A stretch of DNA of 64,000 nucleotides from an uncultured delta proteobacterium (GTDB taxonomy: Bacteria; Desulfobacterota; Binatia; UBA9968), in contig CAWDPO010000046.1 in the NCBI GenBank assembly GCA_963804165.1, positions 192,001 through 256,000 of the forward strand, in the 5' to 3' direction. The notes under the pieces are model-generated. The model was not told the DNA's origin and searched no databases. It saw only the letters and a list, made by a program, of their open reading frames with translations. A program made the translations under genes and the position numbers. Shown here piece by piece: positions 20,157 through 29,616 of this stretch; positions within the stretch are counted from its first letter, which is position 1; the number at the start of each line of letters is the position of its first letter.

Positions 20157-21042
20157 TTAAAGAGGGACACCAATGGCGTCCCACATTGACTCCTGGACGT
20201 GCGGTTTTATTGTTTTCACGATCGTTGCTTCCGAGGCACCGTTTTTTAACGCATTCTCCCAACGTGCAATTTCCTCCCAAGCCTTGATCGCGCGACCTTG
20301 ACCAATCCGCCGAAGTGAGGCCGAAATTCCATCCAAAGAGCCTGACTTCTTCGCTGCGTTTGCTGCGCTGATGAACCGTTGAAGCCGCCCGGTTCGGGTA
20401 GATTTCCTCTTTTTCTTTTGCTTCGTGCGCCTGTCTCGCATTTTCTTGGCGAAATAACCTGACTCAACTCTACGCTTGTATGTAGAGGCGGCCTCGCATT
20501 CGCTGGAGCAATAAACCGACCGTCGGCCCTCGCGCAGAAAAAGCTTTTCGCAGTGAGAGCACACCTAATTGTGAAAGGGTGTTTTTCTGAATCGCGTTGT
20601 TAATAAGGCGATAACAACCTTTTTGAACCGTTCGATCATCCGTATACTCAAATAGACCAAACTCTCTGCCGGCAATCTCGATCCACTTGCAGTTTAGTGG
20701 TGATCCTTCCTCGAGTTTGATTTCGTTTCGAGCTGTGACGTATCTGCTGCTGCTTAACGACATCCTATCAATCTTTCGTACGAGAGCCTCCAGCTTTGCC
20801 GCAATTTCAGAATCAGAAGAACACTTGAATAGGCTGGCAACATCGCTCTTAACCTCAGCTTGAATATCAATAAGCACTTCCTTTGTTGGTTCCTCTGGAC
20901 CAAGGGAAGTCGCAACGAGAAACCACCTCAAGAACCTTTCCTCACTCGAGTTAGGTGAGGAATTCAACGTTTCTAAATCGAAGTTTAAGAAATGCACCAG
21001 TCCTCGAAGATCATAGTTGGAGTTAACAGTTTTTGAAGCCAT
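20157..21042 (-). CDS. Putative regulator with CGNR-like zinc finger and basic tail (frameshift near 20560)
   Basis: ORFs 20470-21042 and 20157-20564 join at LSQLGV/CSHC..YCSSEC; GGAGG RBS; divergent from replication operon. Confidence 0.6.
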
Positions 21043-21153
21043 AAATCCTCCATTCTGTTAACAGCTGTCCCTGTTAACACGCCTCAGGTTTTAGAAGACG
21101 CCCCAAGTCAGTTAACAGTGAAATTTGACAGTAGCTGTTAACGAACTTATATT
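21022..21153. promoter_or_regulatory. Divergent control region: TTGACA-N17-TATATT promoter and five GTTAAC palindromes
   Basis: TTGACA 21125-21130, TATATT 21148-21153; GTTAAC at 21022, 21057, 21073, 21111, 21137. Confidence 0.75.
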
Positions 21154-21208
21154 CAAGCACACTCAATGCTGTATGCAGGTCTTACGTAAAAGCAAGCGAG
21201 GTGAAGCG

Positions 21209-21400
21209 ATGAAAGAACAAGATCTTCTATCGACGTACGACGCGTCAAAGGTTCTAGGCGTGTCGCCGGAGACGGTCCGATCCTGGGAACGTTCCGGCCG
21301 GCTAAATGCGACGCGAACGGCTGGTGGTATGCGACTATTCCGGCGCGATGATGTCGAAAAGATCGCAGAGAAGCGATCTCAAGAATCGACAGCTGGATAA
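21209..21400 (+). CDS. MerR/Xis-like HTH DNA-binding protein
   Basis: LLSTYDASKVLGVSPETVRSWERSGRL..RTAGGMRLF; GAGGTG RBS. Confidence 0.9.
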   Translation: MKEQDLLSTYDASKVLGVSPETVRSWERSGRLNATRTAGGMRLFRRDDVEKIAEKRSQESTAG

Positions 21401-21539
21401 CAAAAACAACTGGCTCACCGCGGGCAAAGAACGGCCCGCAACGATCGGCAAAATCGCGCGGGCCAAAAAAAAAGGATTGAAGTGTGGGTACTCATAACGC
21501 AGCAAACTCGGAAACACAACTAAGACCGGCGGGCAGCCT

Positions 21540-21860
21540 ATGACCCGCATGCCCTTCGGAAAGCACAAGGGCATGCGAATTGATGATCTGCCCTTTGAAT
21601 ATTTGGAATGGCTGGTGGATCAAGATTTTTTACGTGAGCCGCTCGCGCGGAAGCTCAAGGCCGAATACGAGCGCCGCGCATATTCTCAGGAAAACCGCGA
21701 TATCTGCATCAATCCGACAATCGTCGACGAGCTCGTAGGCGCTGGGCTTAGGTCACTCGCTCTCAAATATCACCCGGATATTGGTGGCGATCATCAAAGA
21801 ATGGTGGCTGTGAACCAGGCGGCCGATTGGCTGTGCGCGCAAGCGAGGGCGCTCGCGTGA
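21540..21860 (+). CDS. DUF3820-like N-domain fused to minimal J-domain
   Basis: MPFGKHKG..LPFEYLEWL then LALKYHPDIGGD..VNQA. Confidence 0.8.
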   Translation: MTRMPFGKHKGMRIDDLPFEYLEWLVDQDFLREPLARKLKAEYERRAYSQENRDICINPTIVDELVGAGLRSLALKYHPDIGGDHQRMVAVNQAADWLCAQARALA

Positions 21861-23957
21861 CGACCTTACTTGACGCTGCGTTGTTCCATCACTCGCAAGG
21901 CTGCGCAGTCGTCGCGGTCAGCAGTAATAAAGCACCTTACCGCGGAGGTTGGGCGGAATACTTTAAACGCCGGCAGACTGAAAACGAAGTCAGAGAACTT
22001 TTCAGCAACGGAGCCTATGGCGTCGCCATGGTACTTTGGCCGGCTTCACCTTATGGCGTCCTAGATGACGATGGGCCGCACGCGGAACAGGCATGGGCAA
22101 TGCTTGGCATCGAACGACCGGAGACAGCGAAGCATAGGACGATGCACGGCGGCACACATCATTTTTTTCTTATGCCAGAAGTAGAGCTGCCGATTAAACG
22201 AAAAATCAGGCTTGCGGAGATTAAATGCGATTGCACAGACGACAAAGGAAAAGCCCACTACTGCGGCGTCGATCTGCTCATAAACGGAATTGCAGTCATA
22301 CCGCCCACACCGGGATACAGTGAGGACGCAGACCACCCCCTTGAATCAGCCGTCACCATTCCGGCAGAGATCATCGCCTTAGTTAAGGCCGAGCCCAAGG
22401 CTAAGCCGCAACCCACCGGAGATGAAAACGGGCGTGTGCATGACGGCCGGCGCAATGATACCGCGTGCAGTCTTGCCGGAACTATGCGAGCTCGCGGCAT
22501 GTCGATTGAAGCTATCCGGGCCGCACTGAAAGCAGACAACGAGGAGCGATTCGACCCACCACTTGACGACGACGAAATTGAAAACGTTTTAAAGAGCGCG
22601 GCAAGGTGGACGCCTGGAAGCGCCATCGAGCCCGAGCACCTAACCGACCTCGGCAATGCGCGCAGGCTAATTGCACAATACGGGCGAGACGTCCGTCATT
22701 CCAATCAACGCGGCTGGTTTACCTGGACCGCGAAGCGCTGGGAGCAAGACGAAAGCGGCGCTGTTGAACGATTAGCCAAGGCAACTGTTAGAAACATCTA
22801 CGGTGAGGCAGCGGCATGCGATGACAAGGACATCCGAGAGAAAATTGCTAGCCATGCTCACCGAAGCGAGTCAGAAGCGCGAATCAAAGCCATGGTTTCT
22901 CTTGCCCGGACTGAGCCCGAGATAGTTCTAAAACATGAAGACTTGGACCGTGACCCATGGTTGCTCAATGTCGCCAACGGCACGTTGAATCTTAAAACCG
23001 GCGTGCTTCAGTCGCACAGCCGAAACGATTTGATCAGTCGCTTAATCCCGATTGACTACAGTGAAGCCGCCGCTTGCCCGCGATGGCTCAGTTTTCTCGA
23101 GCGCGTCACCGAGGGCGATGACGAGCTCATAGGTTTTTTACAAAAGGCGGTAGGCTACTCATTAACCGGTCTGACACTAGAGCAAGTTATTTTCATGTTG
23201 TATGGCGTCGGCTCGAACGGCAAAAGCACTCTTCTAAATATCATCTTGGAGCTGCTAGCAGACTACGGGCGCCAGACAGGCACCGAAACCTTACTCGTAA
23301 AGCGCGGTGATCAAATTCCAAACGACGTGGCCCGGCTTGCCGGCTCGAGGTTTGTTTCAGCGGTTGAAACAGAAAGCGGCCGACGTTTGGCCAAGGATTG
23401 GTCAAGCAAATGACCGGCGGCGATCGCATGACGGCGCGTTTTTTACATCATGAGTTTTTTAGTTTCAACCCACATTCAAATTATGGCTTGCGGTAAATCA
23501 CAAGCCTAGGATCACCGGCAGTGATCACGCGATATGGCGGCGAATCCGGCTCATACCATTCACGCTAACTGTACCGGAGAGCGAGCGAGATCCGGATCTA
23601 ACCGAGAAATTGAAACAAGAATTGCCCAGCGTCTTAGCCTGGGCGGTAGCGGGCTGTCTGGCGTGGCAATCCGAAGGATTGAAGGCGCCAAAGAGAATAA
23701 CCGCGGCAACGGATGAATACCGAGATGAATCAGACATTATCGCGAGCTTCATCATCGAGCGTTGCAAAGTTGGACCGGAATGTGAAGTCAACAAGTCAGG
23801 ACTCTATGAGGCCTACGCCGAATGGTGTCAGAAGAGCGGCGAGCGACCGGTAAGCAAAAAGGAGCTAGGCGCACGGCTCTTCGAGAAAGGTTTTTCGGAT
23901 GATCGCACCATGAAAGGGCGTTTTTGGTGCGGAATTGAACTCGGAAATGACACATGA
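21857..23957 (+). CDS. Prim-Pol/PriCT/D5-type primase-SF3 helicase (P4-family); frameshifts near 23392 and 23470
   Basis: VLDDD, GTHHFF, GRRND, TDLGNARR, GSNGKSTL, KQMTGGD, NHKP, AIWRRIRLIPF. Confidence 0.9.
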
Positions 23958-24061
23958 AAGCTGAAAATGACGTTCATGACACGGTTCTCGGGTTTTTTAT
24001 ATATGTAACGCGCGTATGAGAGAAAACCCTAAATCAATGTCATGTCAGTCACACGCGTCAT
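23947..24061. other. Putative replication origin of the element
   Basis: Three ATGAC and oppositely oriented GTCA(T) repeats around an AT-rich core with GGGTTTT/AAAACCC inverted repeat, directly after primase. Confidence 0.6.
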
Positions 24062-24088
24062 GGGCAAGCCGTTTGTTGGGGTGACTGG

Positions 24089-24301
24089 ATGAAGCTCCTA
24101 CGTCCTGAAGAAGTCGCCGACGTCTTGGGCGTGAGCCGATCGAGCGCGAGGCGCTTGATGATTGAAAACGCAATTCCGACGGTCACGATTCGCGCCGGCA
24201 AGCGAAAGAAGATCCTGCGCGTCGATGAACAAACGCTCGAGCGCTGGGTCAAAAGCCAGAGAGAGAAGGCAAAAGAACTACGGGCGCAAGTTCATCCGTG
24301 A
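24089..24301 (+). CDS. Xis-like HTH protein
   Basis: LLRPEEVADVLGVSRSS..IPTV..LRVDEQTLERWV. Confidence 0.85.
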   Translation: MKLLRPEEVADVLGVSRSSARRLMIENAIPTVTIRAGKRKKILRVDEQTLERWVKSQREKAKELRAQVHP

Positions 24302-24348
24302 TTGAGCAGAACGTAACAGCATGAAGAACCCGAAAGGACTTCAAAACC

Positions 24349-24630
24349 ATGGACGTACGATTTGACGGTCGCCTGGAGTTTCGCACCGAAATTAAAAACT
24401 CCAGAAATCAAAAACTCGCCGAACTCATGGCGCGCGAAGCCTGCCGTGTCTTGGAAATCGAAGTGCCGCGGGTTCGATTCTTTTATCGTACGCGCCTGGA
24501 TCGAACGAATGCATACACTGAATACAACGGAGAGATCTGCATCGCCGATGATCTAAGCGATAAAGATACTTGCTCGGCCGTCCTTCACGAATGCCGTCAT
24601 CTTTGGCAAGCACAGCGGCCGGAATGGTGA
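24349..24630 (+). CDS. Small HExxH zinc-metallopeptidase-like protein (C-terminus possibly frameshifted)
   Basis: AVLHECRHLWQ. Confidence 0.6.
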   Translation: MDVRFDGRLEFRTEIKNSRNQKLAELMAREACRVLEIEVPRVRFFYRTRLDRTNAYTEYNGEICIADDLSDKDTCSAVLHECRHLWQAQRPEW

Positions 24631-24744
24631 GTTCGCAGCCGTAAATTGAGAGAGCGCGACGCGCGGATGTTTGCGCTGAGTTGGCCGAGATGGTGAAGCC
24701 GTTGCCCAAAAACAAAAGAAAGTCTCACAAGGAGGAGAAAGAAA

Positions 24745-25368
24745 ATGCTCAACAAGGTAGACGAAAAAGATCCGACCGTTAAAGCGCTGCGCGCTGCGGA
24801 GCAAAGGTTAAACGAAGTTGTTGCCGCACTGCCTAGTAAACAAAAAGCGCTCGACGAGACGACACAGCGATTCATGGCGATTCGGAAATCCTCATCTTTA
24901 GAACTCGAAGCGGATGCGTTGCTTGCCAATGCGCAGAGTGAGCCGGCGATCAAGCCTGAAGATCTCGAGAGGCTCCAGCATGAGATTGATGTGTTAAACG
25001 TGGCGATCAAGCGCCAAAGGTCTGTGGTCGAAGGATTGGGCGGACAGGTTTCCGTCAAGAGGTGCGAAATAAACCACGATCGGTATGTGGATATCGAAAA
25101 GCGAATCGCGCGTGCCGTGCAGGAATTGGCAGCAGCCAACGAAGAGGAGTTAGATTTCTTCGAAGAACTTCGCGCCGCCGGGTGTTCGAACATTACCTTC
25201 CGGCCAATGCGCATCGCTGCAATCGGGGTTGCCTCGGATCCGCAGAGCCGCGCGAGCTTTCATCGGCGCGAGGTTGAGGAATTTCTTCCGGAAGCGGCAC
25301 ACCAGGGGCCGTCGCATCTTCGGGTATCTAGCCTTTTGCGAACCAGTGGCAGTCGCGCGCAGAGTTAG
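24745..25368 (+). CDS. Helical/coiled-coil hypothetical protein
   Basis: AAGGAGG RBS; heptad-rich 207-aa ORF. Confidence 0.7.
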   Translation: MLNKVDEKDPTVKALRAAEQRLNEVVAALPSKQKALDETTQRFMAIRKSSSLELEADALLANAQSEPAIKPEDLERLQHEIDVLNVAIKRQRSVVEGLGGQVSVKRCEINHDRYVDIEKRIARAVQELAAANEEELDFFEELRAAGCSNITFRPMRIAAIGVASDPQSRASFHRREVEEFLPEAAHQGPSHLRVSSLLRTSGSRAQS

Positions 25369-25411
25369 ATCATAGTCAAAAGAAAGTTATCCCATAGGGT
25401 AGGAGAAAAAA

Positions 25412-25702
25412 ATGCCGTACAAGGCACAGATCCTGAGACCAAGAGGCTGGGTTGATCCGGAAAAAAGGCGCCCGACCGCAGCGCAGAGAGGTTATGGACG
25501 CCGTTGGCAAAAGATTCGGCGTCTAATACTTCTGCGGGATCCAATCTGCACTATTTGCCATCGGGCTCCATCCGACACCGTTGATCACATCCTCACTAAG
25601 CCGCGAGGCGGGACCGATGATGAATCAAATCTCCGCGGCACCTGTCACAGCTGCCATTCTCGCAAAACGGCAACGCATGATGATCGATGGGGGCCGCGAT
25701 GA
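25412..25702 (+). CDS. Phage packaging-type HNH endonuclease
   Basis: RGYGRRW, CTIC, VDHI, GGTDDESNLRGTCHSCHSRKT. Confidence 0.92.
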   Translation: MPYKAQILRPRGWVDPEKRRPTAAQRGYGRRWQKIRRLILLRDPICTICHRAPSDTVDHILTKPRGGTDDESNLRGTCHSCHSRKTATHDDRWGPR

Positions 25703-25800
25703 CCCAAGGGTATGCAATTCTTCAAAGTCTTTCGACAAGAGTACCAGTTGGCAGGCTTGTGCGCATGGCCGCGAAATTGGGATCCGGGGGTCACCCCCTA
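25703..25800. other. Candidate cos packaging site
   Basis: Non-coding segment right after HNH with CGCGAAATT (25770) and GGGGG-TCA-CCCCC palindrome; positional inference. Confidence 0.4.
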
Positions 25801-26199
25801 TGTCAAAACCTAGGCTCGCGTGAATATTGAGGGCAACTGGTAAACGTGGCGCAAGGTCTCCAAGAAAATGGAGTAGTTCGTAGCGAAAACGAGTCTATGA
25901 GCCTAGAAATGAGTCTGAGAAAAGTTTTTTCAATCCCAACCGGCGCAGGATGTAGCGTCGTTCTCATGGGGCGTGCTGTCTTCTCTAAGGCCGAAGCGGC
26001 GCGTGTTGGGATTATTCCACCGGGGCGGATGAAATCGGCGTTCCATCCGAGAATGGCGCGCCTTACTCCGGGCGTGCTATTCGCCCCGGACGGTCGCTAA
26101 AAATCGAGCTGACGGCACAGAAAAATGGCGAGAATAGGTAAAACCCTAAGCCAATGCGAAAAACCCCTCTAGCCAAAGCGTTGACGCTTTCGAATCGCT

Positions 26200-26397
26200 A
26201 TGCCTGAAGGCTGCGGGAACCCGCTCTGCAACCGGATGGTTGAGCAACCAATTCAACGCCGCGGCAGTCGGCGCCGATTCTGCGGCCGGCAATGCAGGTT
26301 GACGCATTGGATCCTGAAAAAGGCGGCAACGCGTCTGGCGCCTATTGAGCAGGCGCGAAGCTGGGAAATTCTGTTGAAACTGAGCCGGGAAGGGTAA
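26200..26397 (+). CDS. Small Cys-rich zinc-finger-like protein
   Basis: CGNPLC..RRFCGRQCR. Confidence 0.5.
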   Translation: MPEGCGNPLCNRMVEQPIQRRGSRRRFCGRQCRLTHWILKKAATRLAPIEQARSWEILLKLSREG

Positions 26398-26691
26398 CGT
26401 CGACCATCACCGGAGGCAGCGAGCGAATCATTGACCGAGTGTGAGGTTTTTGAAAATGAGCAGAAAGAGGATGATGATTGCCATAGGAAACAAAACCCAA
26501 ATGAGTACCGTCGACCTGATAACGCTGAGGACTGTTTTGAGTGATGCGATCGCCAACGACTTCAAGGCAATTATCCCTCCGATTCTGCAGAGTAGGCAAG
26601 TATTCCTGAGATTTGTTCTGTAGCCATGTGCGGCGGCGAATTTAGCATAAAAGGCCCGCTGTTCAAGGGACTTGATCGGGAAGCGTGAACA

Positions 26692-26937
26692 ATGACCGGG
26701 GCTATGGTATTTACGGAAGGCATGACACCCAGGGTCGACACCGACAAACTCATCACCATGAGCGAAGCAGCCCGACTATTGAAGATAGGACGAACCGGAG
26801 TCCATCAAGCGATCAAACGCGGAAGATTACCGGCCATAAAATTTGGTGGCGTTCTGTTTATAAACCGGTCCGATTTGCCCAAATACCAGCGAAGCAAGTC
26901 CGTAGGCGGACGACCCAGAAAAAAGAATAAACATTAA
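26692..26937 (+). CDS. Xis-like HTH protein upstream of integrase
   Basis: LITMSEAARLLKIGRTGVHQAIKRGRLPA..INRSDL..GGRPRK. Confidence 0.85.
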   Translation: MTGAMVFTEGMTPRVDTDKLITMSEAARLLKIGRTGVHQAIKRGRLPAIKFGGVLFINRSDLPKYQRSKSVGGRPRKKNKH

Positions 26938-27180
26938 AACCTGTGGACAATTATCCACTGGTTATAATATAACGAGGGGGTATGTTTCCCCGTGCCCCAC
27001 CCGTGCGTCTTTGTTGCTTGAAGGTCAACGGATCAACGCCTAACCACGGAGGAAAATTCAATGAACGCATATCGACAAGGCGACGTTTCAATCATGGCAG
27101 TCAACTCAGTTTCCAAAGCAGGCGCGCAAGGTAATGGGTTGCGCCCGAGATGCTGGCCAAGTGGCTGGCCCCCGGCGGTT

Positions 27181-27525
27181 TTAACTGAAAGGGCTCCACG
27201 TCAAAACTCTGCGGACAACTTGAACGATAGAAGTTTTATCCAAAACCGAGGTCAGGCCCAAGAGACCGATGATTAGGAAGCTGACACCGGTGACTAACAA
27301 TACTGGCGCGCGGAATGGCTTTGGAAGAATGGTCTTGAAGATCCAGTTTATGAACCAGGCGAGGATAAAGAGGCTAAGGCCTATAACAAGGCCTAGCAAA
27401 AAAATCTGCCAAACAAGCCACAAATTCTTCTCTATGCTCACCCATATAGTCTCTTCTTCCGGCTTTTGAGTCCAGAGGGCTCTAAACACGGGGAACGTTT
27501 GAAAGTTGTCAGCGGGAGTCCACAA
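27181..27525 (-). CDS. Small two-TM membrane protein
   Basis: Two long hydrophobic stretches; start uncertain. Confidence 0.5.
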   Translation of the reverse strand: MWTPADNFQTFPVFRALWTQKPEEETIWVSIEKNLWLVWQIFLLGLVIGLSLFILAWFINWIFKTILPKPFRAPVLLVTGVSFLIIGLLGLTSVLDKTSIVQVVRRVLTWSPFS

Positions 27526-27568
27526 GGACTACAACATACAAGTCACAAGGGGAGGAGGAAAATCGAAA

Positions 27569-28724
27569 ATGGAAGAAACCTTTGAACGAGTAACGGAGCG
27601 CCACGGCAAGACCGAAATACCGATCAAGCACTTCTATCGGCGCCAGTACCAGACGGCCAGCGGCGAGTGGTCGACGCTGTACTATGCACGGTTTAAGGAC
27701 TGGAAAGGGAAGTCTCGCACGTTTCCGGTTGGATCCGATATCAAGACCGCGAAGCAGGAATTGAAAGTTTACGAAGCGCGGAACATTCGCCGGGAAGATT
27801 TCGACGCGGACAAGGAACAGAAAAAGCAGGGGCTCACCTTCTCCGAATGGGCGAGCATCTATTTCCGGGACAAGATCGATCCACAGAAACGTGCTGGCGG
27901 CATTGATCGCGAAGCGTTCTTTTAAGATTCTCGCACGTTTTTTCGGGGCCATGGGACTTTCCCAGATAACGCGCAGCAAGGTGATGGAATACCGGGCAAG
28001 ACGTGGTCAGGATCCGGTCTTAAGGCGGGCAAAGATCGTCCAAGGGAGAAGGGTTTCATTCGTCACGATAAACCGCGAGCTCGCTTTTCTTAGATTCCTT
28101 TTAAACCTAGCTGAAGATGATGGCATTATCGAACGTGCGCCGAAGATCAAGCTTCCTTCTGAGAAGGACCGAAAAAGGGATAGGATCGCCACGACAGAAG
28201 AATACGAAGAGCTTCTAAGTCACATGCAGCGGCCGGCGCAGCGTGTTCTTATCGGCCTTTGCGAGACCGCCATGCGCGTGAATGAACTCTTGAAGCTTAC
28301 CTGGGAGCATATAGACGAGAAAGCAGGTTTTATACGCCTAAAAGCCGAAGAGACGAAGGAAAAGAAGCCGCGGAGTATTCCAATATCGCCAGCGCTCCGA
28401 GCGATCTTAAACGAACTCAAGGCGGAACAGCGCAAGGTGACGACGATCGCGAACAGGGTTTTTACGAGGCAGGGCCAACCAATCAAAAGCATTCGCACTG
28501 CGTTTGAGTTTGCAAGAGAGAAAGCAAAGATCATGGACCTGCGCGGCCCCGACTTCAGACATACCGCGATAACCGCTGGTCGGCGATGGGAATTCCGCGG
28601 GAAATCGTTATGGCGGCTTCAGGCATCACTCGATTCAAGTCCATGATGCGTACTGAACATCAAAGAGAACCACATCAAAGATGCTTTTTCCGTTGCAACG
28701 ACGTTGTTCACGACAATGGGTTGA
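27569..28724 (+). CDS. Tyrosine recombinase/integrase, several single-base frameshifts (near 27908 and 28545-28655; end approximate)
   Basis: TINRELAFLR, TAMRVNELLKLTW, DFRHT, then ASG(H)HS..HDAY across frames; GGAGG RBS; abuts att site. Confidence 0.92.
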
Positions 28725-28738
28725 AAACGCCAACGCTG

Positions 28739-28751
28739 CAAGCTATTGATT
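28739..28751 (-). promoter_or_regulatory. IHF-consensus site in att arm
   Basis: Minus strand AATCAATAGCTTG matches WATCAANNNNTTR, 8 bp from the repeat. Confidence 0.6.
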
Positions 28752-28760
28752 TTATTCTGC

Positions 28761-28849
28761 GCCCGGATGGTGGAATAGGTAGACACAAGGGACTTAAAAT
28801 CCCTCGGACCGAAAGGTCTGTGCCGGTTCGAGTCCGGCTCCGGGCACCA
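28761..28849 (+). tRNA. tRNA-Leu(TAA), intact, includes right att repeat
   Basis: GCCCGGA acceptor stem, AGGGA-CTTAAAA-TCCCT anticodon arm, long variable arm, GTTCGAG T-loop, encoded CCA. Confidence 0.98.
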
Positions 28850-29028
28850 GATGCCAGGCTGCAAACATACTTAACCCAGATTAACGCAATACGAACAGGT
28901 GAACTCGTTGCGCAAGCTGGTCGACGAAGTTTTGGCAAAGGGGAAGCGGAAGTATCGCGACGGCATGTCGAAGTGGAGTGCATTTTTGTAAGAATAATAG
29001 AGCGAATAACTCTAGGAGGAAGGAATTT

Positions 29029-29544
29029 ATGCCAAGAATAACTTTGGACCTAAACAAGGAAGCGGATCGTCAGAAAGTAAAAGGTCAGTGGCGCTTGGGA
29101 CTCGGGTTGGTGCCGGGGGAAGCCAACGAAGGGTTGGTGGCGCAGTTACTGAACACGCCGGCGCGATTGGCCGAGTATGACGACTCGAGGTGGGAGGTGT
29201 GCAGCAACATTCGTCAGAGTGTGTCTAACGGTTTTACCTTTGGCTGGTACCGCATTGCGGTGACCTTGCCGGCAGAAATCGACGGCGTCTCCGTGACCGA
29301 TTCCCGCGTTTATTTCGAGACGAACTTTGATAATTACGGAGAGGTTTGGATCGACGGAAAAATCGACCGCGCGAGCGGAGCGATCATCGGTATCAACGCG
29401 CAGTATCGAGTGGAAGTGGCGAACAAATCGGCGCCAGGTGACAAGCACGTTATTGCTTGCCTGGTTGTCAACGGTCCGCTGGCTGAACCACGAGGCGGTA
29501 TTTATATGCGCTATGCAACCTTGGCGTTCGAATCGCGAAATTAG
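29029..29544 (+). CDS. Hypothetical protein, galactose-binding/jelly-roll-like
   Basis: YDDSRW, GWYRIAV, DNYGEVWIDG resemble GH2 sugar-binding domain; strong RBS. Confidence 0.6.
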   Translation: MPRITLDLNKEADRQKVKGQWRLGLGLVPGEANEGLVAQLLNTPARLAEYDDSRWEVCSNIRQSVSNGFTFGWYRIAVTLPAEIDGVSVTDSRVYFETNFDNYGEVWIDGKIDRASGAIIGINAQYRVEVANKSAPGDKHVIACLVVNGPLAEPRGGIYMRYATLAFESRN

Positions 29545-29616
29545 GCTGTAGAAAATGAAATCAGCGTCGAGCGACGGTTTCCGAGCCAATAAGAATGCCG
29601 AAAGCGCAAAACCACT

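Larger units (their letters stand above)
10977..28799. mobile_element. ~17.8-kb integrated element, phage-satellite (PICI/P4)-like, in tRNA-Leu(UAA)
   Basis: Flanking 40-bp direct repeats, tyrosine integrase at one end, primase-helicase, HTH genes, HNH, TA and defence-like cargo. Confidence 0.93.

Noticed and set aside
10977-28799. Complete prophage or conjugative element
   Set aside because: No structural, lysis, relaxase or T4SS genes recognised.
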